64,000 nt of DNA, taken from assembly GCF_009914755.1 (NCBI RefSeq), contig NC_060931.1, one strand, 5' to 3'. Of the stretch, positions 1 through 14,901 are shown in pieces (positions within the stretch are counted from its first letter, which is position 1; the number at the start of each line of letters is the position of its first letter). Both the position numbers and the translations under genes were made by a program. This stretch comes from the human T2T-CHM13v2.0 reference genome, Homo sapiens. The notes below the pieces were generated by a model, which was given only the letters and a program-made list of their open reading frames with translations, was not told the origin of the DNA and did not search any database.

Positions 1-276
1 TTTTAATTATTTTTATTTTTATTTTGAGACAGGGTCTCACTCTGTCACCCAGGCTGGAATGCAGTGGTGTGATTGTGATCCTCCCACCTTAGACTCCTGG
101 AGTAGTTAGAGCTACAGGCATGTGCCACCACACCCAGATAATTTTTAAATTTTTTTTAGAGAGACGGGCTCTCATTATGTTGCCTAGGCTGGTCTTGAAC
201 TCCTGGGCTCAAGCAATCTTCCCGCTTCAACCTTCTGAAGTGCAGGGATTACAGGCATGAACCACTGCACCTGGCC
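1..276 (-). mobile_element. Alu (AluJ-like) with small internal deletion
   Basis: T-rich tail then gagacagggtctcactctgtcacccaggctgg...ccactgcacctggcc; about 35 nt of the right arm missing near 73. Confidence 0.95.
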
Positions 277-289
277 TTCCATTTTCTTC

Positions 290-430
290 TGTATGATTTA
301 TTGTCTGTTCCTTGCTACTAGAATAAAGTCTTCATGAAAAGAAAGACCTCTTCTTATTTTATGCTATGTCCCCAGCTCTTAGAACACATGGCAGGTGTAC
401 AATTATTTGTTGAAAGAATAAATGAATACA
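290..430 (+). mobile_element. L2 3' end fragment
   Basis: Degenerate L2 terminus: ctagaataaagtcttcatgaa...cccagctcttagaaca...atttgttgaaagaataaatgaat. Confidence 0.6.
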
Positions 431-439
431 TGAATGAGT

Positions 440-600
440 TTTCCACCATGTGCTAGGCATTGTGCAAAGCACTTTACAAGCAATGTTGCTTTTGATCTCT
501 AGCAACTTCATGAGACCAGGACCATTATAATCTCCATTGCACAGAGGAACATTGGGTTCATACACTAGTAAGTGGTAAGTACAACCACTCCACATGAGTC
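440..600 (-). mobile_element. MIR
   Basis: atgtgctaggcattgtgcaaagcactttaca...ccattgcacagagg...ctagtaagtgg matches antisense MIR core. Confidence 0.65.
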
Positions 601-799
601 CAAGTGTGATGTTGGATTGGTCGTTTAATGTTTTAAAGTTTTAGTTTTCTCTCTCTAGTTATCACATACATGTCCTTCCCAATTTCTTATATAAATCAGA
701 GAATCCTTGAAAATAAATCACAGAATCATCCAGCCACCAGTTACCTTAGCCCTTAAGTCTAGCTCCCAATTCCACTATATATGAATTATCCAACAAGGA

Positions 800-1870
<1,071 letters not shown>

Positions 1871-2168
1871 GGATCTCTAAATGTGCAAATATGATGGAAA
1901 GATTAAGAAAAGGTCTGAAAGAACAGATGTGAAATTGAGAATACTTGTTATCCCTGGTGAGGAGCATAAGTTTAAAGAAGACGTGGGCAACAGAAGTGAA
2001 GAACTTTTATTTCTTGTCTATGTAATTATGAATTACATTTTTAAAATAATAATAACACATTTACAGATCACCTGAGTAATATACAAAGTACAAGGGGATG
2101 AAAGATGCTGTATGATTTATAAAGATATCAGCTAGAAGCCCAAGTACAAAGAGAAAAAATGATGTATA

Positions 2169-3140
<972 letters not shown>

Positions 3141-3444
3141 TATACCTTTTTTACAAATGTCCCAACAGCAGGATGTTCATGGCTGTGGCCTAACCTAAAA
3201 ATCTGTTTAACGAGGAGCTATAAAAAAATTGTTCTTTTTTTGAGAGAGAGAAAAAGACTGTTTTTTAAGAAAATAATTATTACAGCCTGCCGAAATACAG
3301 CTATGTAGACCAAAGAGGAGCCAGGTGGCTTGACTTATATTAGTTTATAAAAAGCATACACAATGAATTAGAACTCCATAGAGGTTGACGGTACCCAAGT
3401 CAGAAGACAATTTTAGCACAGCCTGGAGCTCCTACAGAGCCCTC

Positions 3445-3792
3445 TGCTATAATGAAGGCATCATTATTTTGTGTTACCCCCAAAATTCATATGTTGAAAT
3501 CCCAACCCTTAACGTGATGGTTGAGGTGGGCCCAAAGAGATGGGCCCTTTGGGAAGTATTTAGGTCATGAGAGTGGAGCCTTCATGATGGAATTAGTGCC
3601 TTCGTAAGAAAAGACAATGGACCACACTTCTTTTCTCTGTATTCTCTGCCATGCAAGGATACAACTAGAAGACCGCTATCTGCAAACCAGGAAGGGGACC
3701 CTCACCAGACACAGAATCTGACAGCACCCAGATCTTGGACTTCCCAGCCTTCCAGTCTATGATATTCTATTATAGTAGACTGAACTAAGACA
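3445..3792 (+). mobile_element. MaLR solo LTR (MLT1A-like)
   Basis: tgctat...ccccaaaattcatatgttgaaatcc...ccctcaccagacacagaatctg...atcttggacttcccagcct...actaagaca. Confidence 0.85.
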
Positions 3793-3935
3793 TGATGCAG
3801 GAAAAGAAGAGGGCAAAAGTCTCCATTGGGAGCTTTACTTTGCAAACAACATTGTAAGCATAAAGTATGTACTTCATGGGCTTTGGTTTTATTGTCTTTT
3901 TTTTAAAGTTCTGTTCAGATTTTCATTATCCCTAA

Positions 3936-4503
<568 letters not shown>

Positions 4504-4771
4504 TAAGGTGGTCTATTTGGAGAGGGAAAGAATAAAGCTAAAAACATTACTCCTTTGGCCATCAAGGCCTCCCGCTTCACCTTAAATAGACTACATATGG
4601 TAGGGAGGGTGGGGAAGCCCTTTCATCCCTACGGATTGGCTTGTCCTGACAATGTGTAAAATCTCAGGGAAGAATCTTGTGATTGAAATCTTCATAAGCC
4701 AAAGCTAAAAACCACAAATGTTCCCTTTCCCCTCAAATGGTCTTTAGCTACACTTGCTTTTTAAGGGCTTA

Positions 4772-5197
<426 letters not shown>

Positions 5198-5809
5198 TCA
5201 GGTGATGTCTAATGCATTCACACACAGATTCCCATGACTGGTAATGCACAGAGCTCCTCCTGAAAGCTTGCATCTCTGAAGCCTGAGCCAGGCTTTCAAG
5301 TACAATAACTGCATAACTGCTGGCGCTCTGCTGCTTCAGCCCCAGCGTATGCCCTGAACACTGTAAGTCACTCCCTCCTGTCAAGGGGAGTTTGTTTACC
5401 CTATTAGCAAAACGAACTGAGTACTGCCTCTGGGTATGTGAATGCGGCAGATGTCTGGTCAGGAATTCTGCCTGAGGCCAAAGTCTAAAGGCACTGCCAG
5501 ATGAGGACATCACAAAACTCCCAGCAGTTAAAGGGCTGTAGCAGGGGAAATGACTTAACAGATTGCATGAAATTGTTTAAGAATCATTCTAGGGGTTGTC
5601 ATGCTTTTCAGATTTGCATAGATATGTCTATAAGCTCAGGACCTGGCTGACAACCACCAGAGTTATACTCACCTCCTACCATATTTTGTCTAGTTCATTA
5701 CACCTTTTATCCTAGCCTTACAAGTAGGATGTAGGCTATTTTAGAGTTTTTGAAATGGCTTTCTTTTACCAATATTCCCTCCCCATTGCCCCACACCTTC
5801 CAATCCATC

Positions 5810-6900
5810 AATCTATTCATCCATTCATCCATCCATCCATTTAATCAATGCTTATCTAGGTCCTATGGGAGACAGAAATGAAGCAGATGTAAGTCTTGCC
5901 TTTAATGTAACCGAAGTGGGAATCAGATGTTCATAAACAGTGCTTGGCACATTGTGAGCACTATAAACATAGCAACATAGATAATTACAATAAAACTAGG
6001 AGAAAGTCAAGAGTCCCATAAAAGAAACACAAAAGCTACCAGGACAGGTGTTTGAGAGAAGGAGGGTGACCTCTGATATGATACTTGAAGGAAGATCATT
6101 TTGACACTTGGTGATTGGCAATGGGAGATGGGAAGACATTCCTAACTAAAGAAAAGTGAAAGAAAACACAGAAGTGGAAAAATATGGAACACGTGTGAGA
6201 AAGAAAATCTCATTTTTCTGGAACACAGGGCATAGAAGCGAAATAACAAGAGAAACTTGGAAAGGTATCTAGGTCTCAGATTTTCAAAGACCCCTGAATG
6301 AACAAGTTAGGGAATTTGAGCTGAAGGCAATGGTTAGCAACCAAAATTTTTTTATTTTCGACCTAAAAAAAATGGAGGTATAATTCCAAACAGAAAAATG
6401 TACAGATCTTCAGTGTCCAGTTTGATGAGCTGTGACAAATGTCTGTTACCATGTAGCTCCAATCAAGATATAGAACATTTCTATCACTCTAGAAAATTCC
6501 TTCTTGCCTCATTCAAATCTGCTCCCCTCCCATTCTCCAGTGGCAACCGAGGTTCTGAATTTCATTCCTATAGATGAGTTTTGTCTGTTCTTGAACTTCA
6601 TAACAATGCTATCATATAACATGTGCTCTTGTTTCTAGCTGCTTTCGCTCAACATGGTTTTTAGATTCATCCATGTTCCAGATGTTTTAAGCAGGAAAAA
6701 TAATATGATTATAACTGTACTTTGGATGATTAATCTGCTCTATTGTATGGAGGCCTTTGAAAATGTAAATGTAATTTCAGCAGCATATTTCAGGGAAGTG
6801 GTTATCTGTAGAAATGTACAAAGAGATTGGATTCAGACAATAGTGGAGTAGGTAGAAGGCTACAAATCTAGTCAATTAAACAGAGAAGGAGAAGTGAGAA
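5810..6900 (-). mobile_element. L2 fragments with (TCCA)n-like 3' end, interrupted by an L1M piece
   Basis: attcatccattcatccatccatt followed by purine-rich antisense L2-like sequence (gggaatttgagctgaaggcaatgg ... ttttaagcagg). Confidence 0.55.
6350..6680 (-). mobile_element. L1MC/ME 3' UTR fragment
   Basis: gaggtataatt...aaaatgtacagatctt...aatcaagatatagaacatttctatcact...tttagattcatccatgtt. Confidence 0.75.
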
Positions 6901-7953
6901 GGGAAAAAAAAGATCACTATAAACTTACCCTCCCCAGTTAAAATCTCTGCAAGGCCTAGGCTTAATCAGCTGATACTTTCAGCAAGATTAATTAACTGCT
7001 GAAAATTAACAGCCCTGAAAAAGAGGCACAGGTACATTCAAATGAAGGAGCAGGAATAAATACAAATGAACATGACCCGGGGTTGCAGGGTGGGGGATAT
7101 AAGAGAAAAACAGAAATAGCAGACAGATTTCAAAGATTAAAATATTTCTAAGGCTAAAATTCACGTGAAACAAAAGAGACCCAGAATAGCCAAAACAAGT
7201 TTGAAAAAGCAGAACAAAGTTGAAGAATTCATACTTCCTAATTTTGAAACTTACTTCAAAGCTGCAGCAGTCAGGACAGTGGACACTGCTGTGAGTAGAC
7301 ATATAAATCCATGAAACAAAATTGAGAGTCTCTAAACAAACCCTTACATTTATGGTCAACTGATTGTTGATAAGGGTGTCAGGACAATTCAATGAAGAAA
7401 GAATAGTTTTTTCAACAAATGGTGTTGGGATAAGTGGAAACCTGCATTGCAAAAGAATGAAGTTAGAACCCTACCTCAAGCCACATACAAAAACTAACTC
7501 AAACCAGATCACAGACCTAAATATAAAAGCTAAAACCATAAAACTATTAGAAGAAAATATGGATTAGAAAACCATTTTTTATATATGACATCAAAAGTAC
7601 AAGTGACAAAAGAAAATAACACTCATATTGGGCTTCCTGAAAAGTAAAACCTTTGGCACTTCAAAGGACATCATCATGAAAGTGAAAAGACAGTGCACAG
7701 AAAGAGAGAAAATATTTGTATATGGGGCAAAATATATGACTAGAGACCTCACAAAATAATATACACATATGGAAAATAAGCATATGAAAAGGTGCTCAAT
7801 ATCATTTGTTTTTAAGCCATTGAAAATTAAAATAGTAAAATGCAATATACATCTATTAGAATGGCTAAAATTCAAAACATTGACAATTTCAAATGCTGGT
7901 GAAGATGACACAGTTTGGCAGTTCCTTACAAAGTTAAACATAGTCTTACCATA

Positions 7954-8580
7954 TATGATGGTTAATTTTATATGTCAGCTTGATTGGGCCATGGAGTGCC
8001 CAGATATTTTGCCAAACATTTTTCTGGATATTTTGGGATTAAATTAACATTTAAATCAGTAGTCTGAGTAAAGCCGATCGCCCTCCCTAATGTGGCAGGC
8101 TTCATCAATCAACTGAAGGCCTGAATTGAACAAAGAGGCTGACCCTCCCCCAAGTTAGAATTCTTCCTGTCTGACAGTTTTTGAATTGGGACATTGACTT
8201 TTTCTGCCTTTGGACTTGAACTGAAACATTGGCTCTTCCTGGGTCTCTAGTTTGCCAGCCTTCAGACCAAAATTACACCATCAGCTCTCCTGGTTCCCAC
8301 CCTTTAGACTCAGACTAGAACTAAATCATTAGCTCTCCTGGGTCTCCAGCTTTCCAATTCATCCTGCAGATCCTGGGAGCCAGTCTCCACAATTGAGTGA
8401 GCCAGCCAAATCTCTTTATTATATATGTAAATGTACGTATATATGTATATGTGGAAATGTATAAGTATTTGCATTATATATGTATATGTATTACATATGT
8501 GTATATACGTATATGTATTATATACGTATATATTTATACCTCCTATTGGCCTTACTTCTCTGTAGAGTCCTGACAAACAG
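7954..8580 (+). mobile_element. MLT2 (ERVL) solo LTR with internal (TA/TG)n tract
   Basis: tatgatggttaattttatatgtcagcttgattgggcca...ctcctgggtctccagctt...; microsatellite about 8420-8535; ctattgg...ttctctgtagagtcctgac. Confidence 0.85.
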
Positions 8581-8727
8581 AATCATGTAATTCGGCAGTT
8601 TTTCTCCCAGGTATTTATTCAATTGAGTTGAAAACGTATGTCAACATAAAAACCTGCATACAAATGTTTATAGCAGCTTTACTCATAATGCCCCAAACTG
8701 GAAGCAACCCAGATGTCTTTTAATAGA

Positions 8728-9067
8728 TGTCTTAGTCCGTCCAATCTGCTATAGCAAAATACCACAAGCTGGGTGGCTGATAAACAACAGAAATATATTT
8801 CTCACAGTTCTGTAGACTGGAAAGTCCCAGATCAAAGCCTGGCAGATCTGGTGTCTGATGAGGGCTGTCCTTTCACTGTAATCCCAAGTGGAGAAAGGAG
8901 TGAGGGATCTTTCTGGGGTCTCTTTTATAAGAGCACTAATCCCATCGTGAGGGCCCTGTGTCATGACCTAATCAGCTCCCAAAGGCCCCACTTCCTAATA
9001 TCATCACCCTGAGGGTTCAGATTTCAACATATGAATTTTGAGGAACATAAACATTCAGACCATAACA
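8728..9067 (-). mobile_element. MaLR solo LTR (MLT1A-like)
   Basis: tgtcttagtcc...aacaacagaaat...ttcaacatatgaattttg...aacattcagaccataaca; degenerate 5-bp TSD ataga/atggg. Confidence 0.88.
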
Positions 9068-9937
9068 ATGGGTGAATGGGTAACCAAATTGCTGTATATC
9101 CATAATAGGATATTATTCAGAGATAAAAATGAATGAGCTATCAAGCCTTCAAAAGACAAGGATGAATCTTAACATACAGTTTGTTGGCAAAGCTGTATCC
9201 TATTTAGAAATATGGACTAACAATTCAGAAACTCCTATACATATATACTGAAATTGGACAGTTAAGTACATGGTTGGTGGATGGTAGGAGCCAAATTTCT
9301 CACTGCTGGAATGGGAGTTTACAGACAAGAAAGGGGAAGAGGCTAGAAAAATCCTTGTGGTAATAGATTTAAGTTGGAGACTTTGATACAAACTCATCCT
9401 TAGCCAAATATACAGATGGTTACATATAGGAATATTTATAGATATGTGTATCTACACAGGTTATCATGCATTTCCGTATTTCCTACTTCTGTTTGCTGAA
9501 AAAAAACTAGTAGCAGTGAGCACACCTAGTGACCAAATCTTGGTTTCTAACACCATTTACCAATAAAATAAACCAGGGTTCCTTGGAAAAATGACTCATT
9601 CTAGAATTGGGGCAGGAAATGTGCAAGATGAGCCTGGAGCATCTTAAGAACTTGCTAAACAAACAAACAAAACTCCAAAACATCAGGATGAGAGAATGCC
9701 ACAGAGACATGGGAGCCAATTGAAAGAGCTCCCAATGGCCTAACTAGAATAATTTAAGAAATAAGAAAAAGTCAAATTGGATTATAATCCCAAGTATAAA
9801 ATAAATATCCATGAGTACAAACTGATATAAACAAATGATTAAATAATGAAGAGAGACATATGTTCTGTGAAAAAGAATTTCAAATAATTTATGCAGATAC
9901 TCCACCCTCAAGGAGGTAGAGTATAACCCACTATTTC

Positions 9938-10203
9938 CTTTTTTTTTGAGACAGGTTCTCACTCTGTTGCTCAGGCTGGAGTGCAGTGGTGCGCTCATAG
10001 TACGACGTTGGCTTCCTGCAACCTCCACCTCCCAGGTTCAACGGATCCTCCCACCTCAGCCTCCCAAGTAGCTGGGACGACAGGCGTGTGCCACCATGCC
10101 CAGCCAAATTTTTCGCCATGTTGCCCAGGCTGGTCTCAAACCATGTGCCTGCCTTGGCCTCTCAAAGTTATGGGATTATAGGTGTGAGCCACTGCATCCA
10201 GCC
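9938..10203 (-). mobile_element. AluJ with two internal deletions
   Basis: Antisense Alu lacking part of the middle linker; TSD aacc(c)actatttc / aaccctctacttc. Confidence 0.92.
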
Positions 10204-10834
10204 CAACCCTCTACTTCTTAAGTGTGAACTGCTCATAGTGACTTCCTTCCAAAGAGTACAGTATGGAAGGATTGGGTAGTCTCTTTACAGTGCAGAAACC
10301 TGATAAATACTACCTCAGCCAGGTGATCAAGGCCAACATCAACAGTGATGTCATGTTGATAGTATATATTTTTGATATGATATGATGTGATGAAAATAGC
10401 ACTCTACCTCTGTGGCCTTAGCCCTAGTCTTATCATGAGAAAGACCTCTGGCAAATCACAATAGAGGGATATCTTACAAAAAATATCTGATCAATTCACC
10501 TCAAAACTGTCAAGGTCATCAAAAACAAGGAAAGTCTGAGAAACTGTCACAGCCAAGAGGATCCTAGGGAGACATAACAAATAAAATGTAATATGGTATC
10601 CTAGATAGGATCCTGGGACAGAAGAAAAAAACAAGATTAGTAAAAATCTAAGGAAATATGAATAAGTATACAGTTAATAATAATGTATTCATATTGATTC
10701 ATTAATTATAACAAATATACCAGCCAAATGCAAGACGTTAATAATAGGGGAAACTGGGTGTGGTATTTACGGGAAGTCTCTGTACTATCTTTGTAATTTT
10801 TCTATAAATCTATAAATGTTCTAAGAAATAAAAT

Positions 10835-11660
10835 TTAAAAGATGGGCAAAGGATTTGAACAGACGTTTCTTCAAAGAAGATACACAAACGGAAACAAGAA
10901 CATGAAGACATGCTCAACATCATTAGTCATTAAGAAAATGCAAATGAAAATCACAGTGAGATATCACTTCACATCCATTAAGATAGCTATAATAGAAAAG
11001 CTGACAATAGCAAGTGTTGGTGAGAATGTGGAGAAAATGAAACCCTCATACATTGCTAATGGGACTGTAAAATGGTATAGGCACTTTGAAAAACAGTTTG
11101 GCAGCTCCTCAAAATATTAAATATAGAGTTACTATATGACCCAGAGATTCCACTCCTATGTATAGACCCGGGAGAACTGAAAGCATATATCCACACAAAA
11201 ACCTGTCCATTCATGTTCATAGTAGTATTATTTATCATAGACAAAATGTGAAATCAACTCAAATATCCATCTACTGATTAATGAATAAACAAAATGTGGC
11301 ATATATCCATACAATGACATGTTATCTGGCCATATGGCTGCCACTTTACAACATGGATGAACCTTAAAAACATTACGCTAAGTCAAAAAAAAAAAAGACA
11401 GTTAAAAAAGCCATTCCACTCATATGAAATGTCCAAACTAGGCAAATCCACAGAAACATAAGGTAGCTTAGTGGTTGCAGAGGGGTGGGGAAGGGGAGAA
11501 TGGGGAGTGACTGTGTATGGGAACATAGCTTCTTTTGGAGATGACGAAAGAGTTTTGAAGTCAGATAATGATGATGGTTGCACAACTCAATTGTGCACTT
11601 TCAAAGGTGAAATGTATCATATGTGAAATATATCTCAATATAGCTGTTATTAAAAAATAA
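10835..11660 (+). mobile_element. L1MB-type 3' end
   Basis: ORF2 C-terminal remnant (MKTCSTSLVIKKMQMKITVRYHFT) and 3' UTR ending tatctcaatatagctgttattaaaaaa. Confidence 0.85.
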
Positions 11661-11819
11661 TATAGTGCCAAAGACAGCCAGCCCCTACATTACCCTGAGC
11701 TAAAAGCAGTAATTACATACCTACAAGCTCATGGTGCTGGGGAGTATAATCTTTGAAGAGACTTACATACACTGACCTGATAATTTAGCATTTAACATAT
11801 ATATATTTTTAGCATTTAA

Positions 11820-11960
11820 TATACATTATTTTATTTAATCCTTATAGTCGTGCCAAGAGGTAGGTGTTATTACCTACAGTTTAAAGACTAGGAAAGTGAA
11901 ACAGGCTTAAACCCAAGCTGACTTATTCCAAAGCTAGCTCTAAACCATTACATTTTAATG
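11820..11960 (-). mobile_element. MIR fragment
   Basis: ttatttaatcctta...gaggtaggtgttattacc...ggaaagtgaa. Confidence 0.55.
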
Positions 11961-12044
11961 TATTATAATGATTATATCTCAACCTCTCAAATCTTGTATT
12001 TCTCATCAAAGTGTCCTATTTACTCCATAAAATTATCTTCAAAA

Positions 12045-12207
12045 GTTTTATTTTATTTTTCATTGACAAGTAATAGTTGTATATTTTCATTAAAATGTGA
12101 TGTTTCAATACATGTATATATTGTAGAATGATAAAATTGGGCTAATCAACATATCCAGCACCTCACATACTTATAATTTCTTTATAGTGAGAACATTTAA
12201 AATCTAA
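12045..12207 (-). mobile_element. L1MA 3' terminal fragment
   Basis: ttttattttcattgacaagtaatagttgtatat...cacctcacatacttat...gtgagaacatttaaaatcta. Confidence 0.8.
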
Positions 12208-12548
12208 GATAATATGAAAAAGGCTTGTAACATATTAATTATTAATTTATTCTTCCTTCTCGTATTCAGACAGATACATATTCAGGATGAAAACCACACA
12301 GCTAAAACATACAAACAGCATGCCCTTCTTGGTTCCACATAAGAAAACCTGAATACAGAGGCTGTGAACAAAAGGATGCTAAAAAAGATTTACAATTGCT
12401 TCAAATTTAAATACTTTTCCAATTCAGAGGTGACTTAATTTTATTTTGTAAAAATATGCCTTTTTGGTTATTTGTGGGATTTTTTTGGGGCCCCAAATTG
12501 TGCTTTTTATTATTGGATATTTAAGTAACATGTAAAGGCTTTAGGTAT

Positions 12549-12912
12549 TGCTGTGGTCTGAATGCATCTCTCAAAATTCATATGTTAAAACTTTATCACC
12601 AATATGATAGCGTTATGAGCGGAGGCCTTTAAGAGTAATTTAATCATCAGGGCAGAGCTCTCATGGAGGAGACTGGGGCCCTCATAGAAGGGCTTGAAGG
12701 AGTGGGCTTGTTCCTTTCCATCTCTTCTGCCATGTGAGGACACAGGGTTCAAGGTGCCATCTTGGAAGCAGAAAGTAACCCTCACCAGTCACTGACTCTG
12801 TCCGTGCCTTTCTCGGACTTCCCAGCCCCCGGAACTATGAGAAATAAATTTCTGTTCTTTATAAATTACCAGTCTCAGGTTTTTTGTTACAGCAGCACAA
12901 AAAGACCAATAT
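12549..12912 (+). mobile_element. MaLR solo LTR (MSTC/MSTD or MLT1A1-like)
   Basis: tgctgtggtctgaatg...aaggtgccatcttggaagcaga...ggacttcccagcc...gaaataaatttctgttctttataaattacc. Confidence 0.85.
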
Positions 12913-13124
12913 AGGCATAATACATATCAGATTCATGATTCTGTCCCATGCTCTGGTTAATAAAGTGATAGGTGGAGATATATTTAAAGACATTTACACA
13001 GAAATTTTATAAGACTGCAATTGAACCACTAATGTAAAAGTCTTATGAAATGATATATTCTGAATGTCTGCTTATTTTAAAAAGGTTAGATATGAAGATA
13101 TGTGTTTCATAAACAGAGGTCTGC

Positions 13125-13345
13125 CAGTGTAAGGTAGAGATGAAAGACTAGCTCCACATCAGATAACTTGAATTTAAATGTTAGTTCTGCCTCATTGGAC
13201 GAATTGCTTAATTCTCCAAGTTTTGCTTTCCCCACCTGTAAAATGAATATTACAACTTTTACGACAAAGAGTTGTTACTGAGAATTAAAAAGAAAAGCAT
13301 GCAAAGACTTAACAGGGTGCCTGGCAGGCAGTGAGTGTCCCACAA
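13125..13345 (+). mobile_element. MIR
   Basis: ttagttctgcctca...tttccccacctgtaaaatg...gttgttactgagaattaaa...acagggtgcctggca. Confidence 0.7.
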
Positions 13346-14780
13346 AAAGTCAACCAAAAGAAAATTCACCACAATCTCAAATACTGGTGTAAATACCTAA
13401 TTGCAAGCTAATTGTCCAAGATTGTACAGCTGGAATTCAATGCCAGATATATCTGAGTCCAACTCATTTGACTACACCATACTATATTATAATGATCATT
13501 TGTCATCTTAGAACAAGGCTTGGGCGATGCTTAAGTAAAGCTGGGACAAAAAGCTAAAGATTTTCCCATTCTAGGTTAAAATGTGTTATCTTCCATATTA
13601 TTTTCGTACCCCAGAGCAACTAACTGTATCCAAGGATAAGTGAGAAGAAACTACTGAAATGATTTTGAAGAGAGATGTCATATACCTAACACCAAATGTT
13701 AAAATAGCATTTACTCAATTCTTTGGCAGTCTGCTACTTTGATTAGAACAGAAAATGGGAAAGTGAAAGTGACTTTCTCAACTAATTATGGGCATGTTAA
13801 ATCACACAGACTATAATATTGGAGATACCTACAAAGAAAGGTACCTGCTTGGATCCAATCAAATATTTTGACCACTATATCAAAAAGCAACTGCTTTGAA
13901 ATATCATCCTGCTAAAACTCTAAGTTCATATTTTTAACATATAAAAGTGAATAATCACATTAGATATGAAATATATATATAGTATTTTCATTTTTAATGT
14001 ATATCTGATTAAAGCTTGAAGAATGCATTTGATTTATAATAATGTGGAATCTTGTAAGACATCTGAGTTTTTAAGACTGATTAATTCTTAAATTAATAAC
14101 TGAGGTTCCACCTATAAAGATCCTAAAGCAACCACTAACATATTTGTTTTCCTGAATTCATTGTTTGCTCAGTAATAGAATTATTCATACAGGAACTCTG
14201 TAGGAGTTTGGGGCAGCTATTTTGTAAGCAGAGTTAAGCTAGATTTTGGAAATGTGCTAGAATTTTTCACATTTAACATTTTTGCAAAACATTCTTATCT
14301 GTAAACCCAATTTTCTTTTCTTCTATATCTGAAGGAGAGTCTCACCTTTACCAAGCAGAGAACCATGTGAAAGAAAAATCATATGTTGTAAGTGAAAATT
14401 TTTTTGAGAAGTTAAGAAAAAGTGCTTATACAAATGCAATGTGTCATATAAATAGTCATTTCTCCAAAATGGTTGGAAAATGTGGTAATCCACTTAAAAC
14501 AAATATTTTTATTACTAAAAGTTACCATATAAAGCACACATGCCTTATCTATCAATGTCAAACATTTATATATAAAAAGACTCAAACCCTAACGTATGGT
14601 ACAGGTTAAGTTTTGTTCGTGTTTAGGGAAGTAGTTCGAATCGTCTCATTCCTCAATATCACCATTATGCCTTTTAACCACCATGATATAGAGCTGGATG
14701 AAAACACACATTATTTGAGCTCTGAGGTTGACTCTCTTCCAGTTAGAGGGGGCTAATAGGATTGTTATTTTTATCTTGAT

Positions 14781-14901
14781 CCTCACCAGGTTTCTGATGT
14801 TCTGCCTAGATCCCACTGTGTTATATTTAGCACCGGCTCTTCCTGCAGGAGCCTCAGCCACGTGGAATCACACTTTCATACCCCCCCCCCACCCCCCCGC
14901 C
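14781..14901 (-). promoter_or_regulatory. Candidate internal promoter: G/CACCC tract, E-box, MEF2/TATA-like element
   Basis: C10-A-C7 run 14881-14898; CACGTG 14859-14864; CTAAATATAA on minus strand 14830-14821; donor CTG|GTGAGG at 14787/14786; lies in about 4 kb of repeat-poor sequence. Confidence 0.4.

Larger units (their letters stand above)
7110..10835 (+). mobile_element. L1MC/MD-type element (ORF2 3' part plus long 3' UTR) hosting three nested insertions
   Basis: ORF2-like peptide 7364-7567 ([12 protein letters not shown]...[18 protein letters not shown]...[14 protein letters not shown]); L1 sequence resumes in register after each insert; 3' UTR motif gtgacttccttccaaagagtacagtatgg. Confidence 0.8.

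Noticed and set aside
11783-11825. Short duplications (tttagcatttaa twice; similar ones near 690-725 and 31180-31202)
   Set aside because: Ordinary slippage-type tandem duplications.
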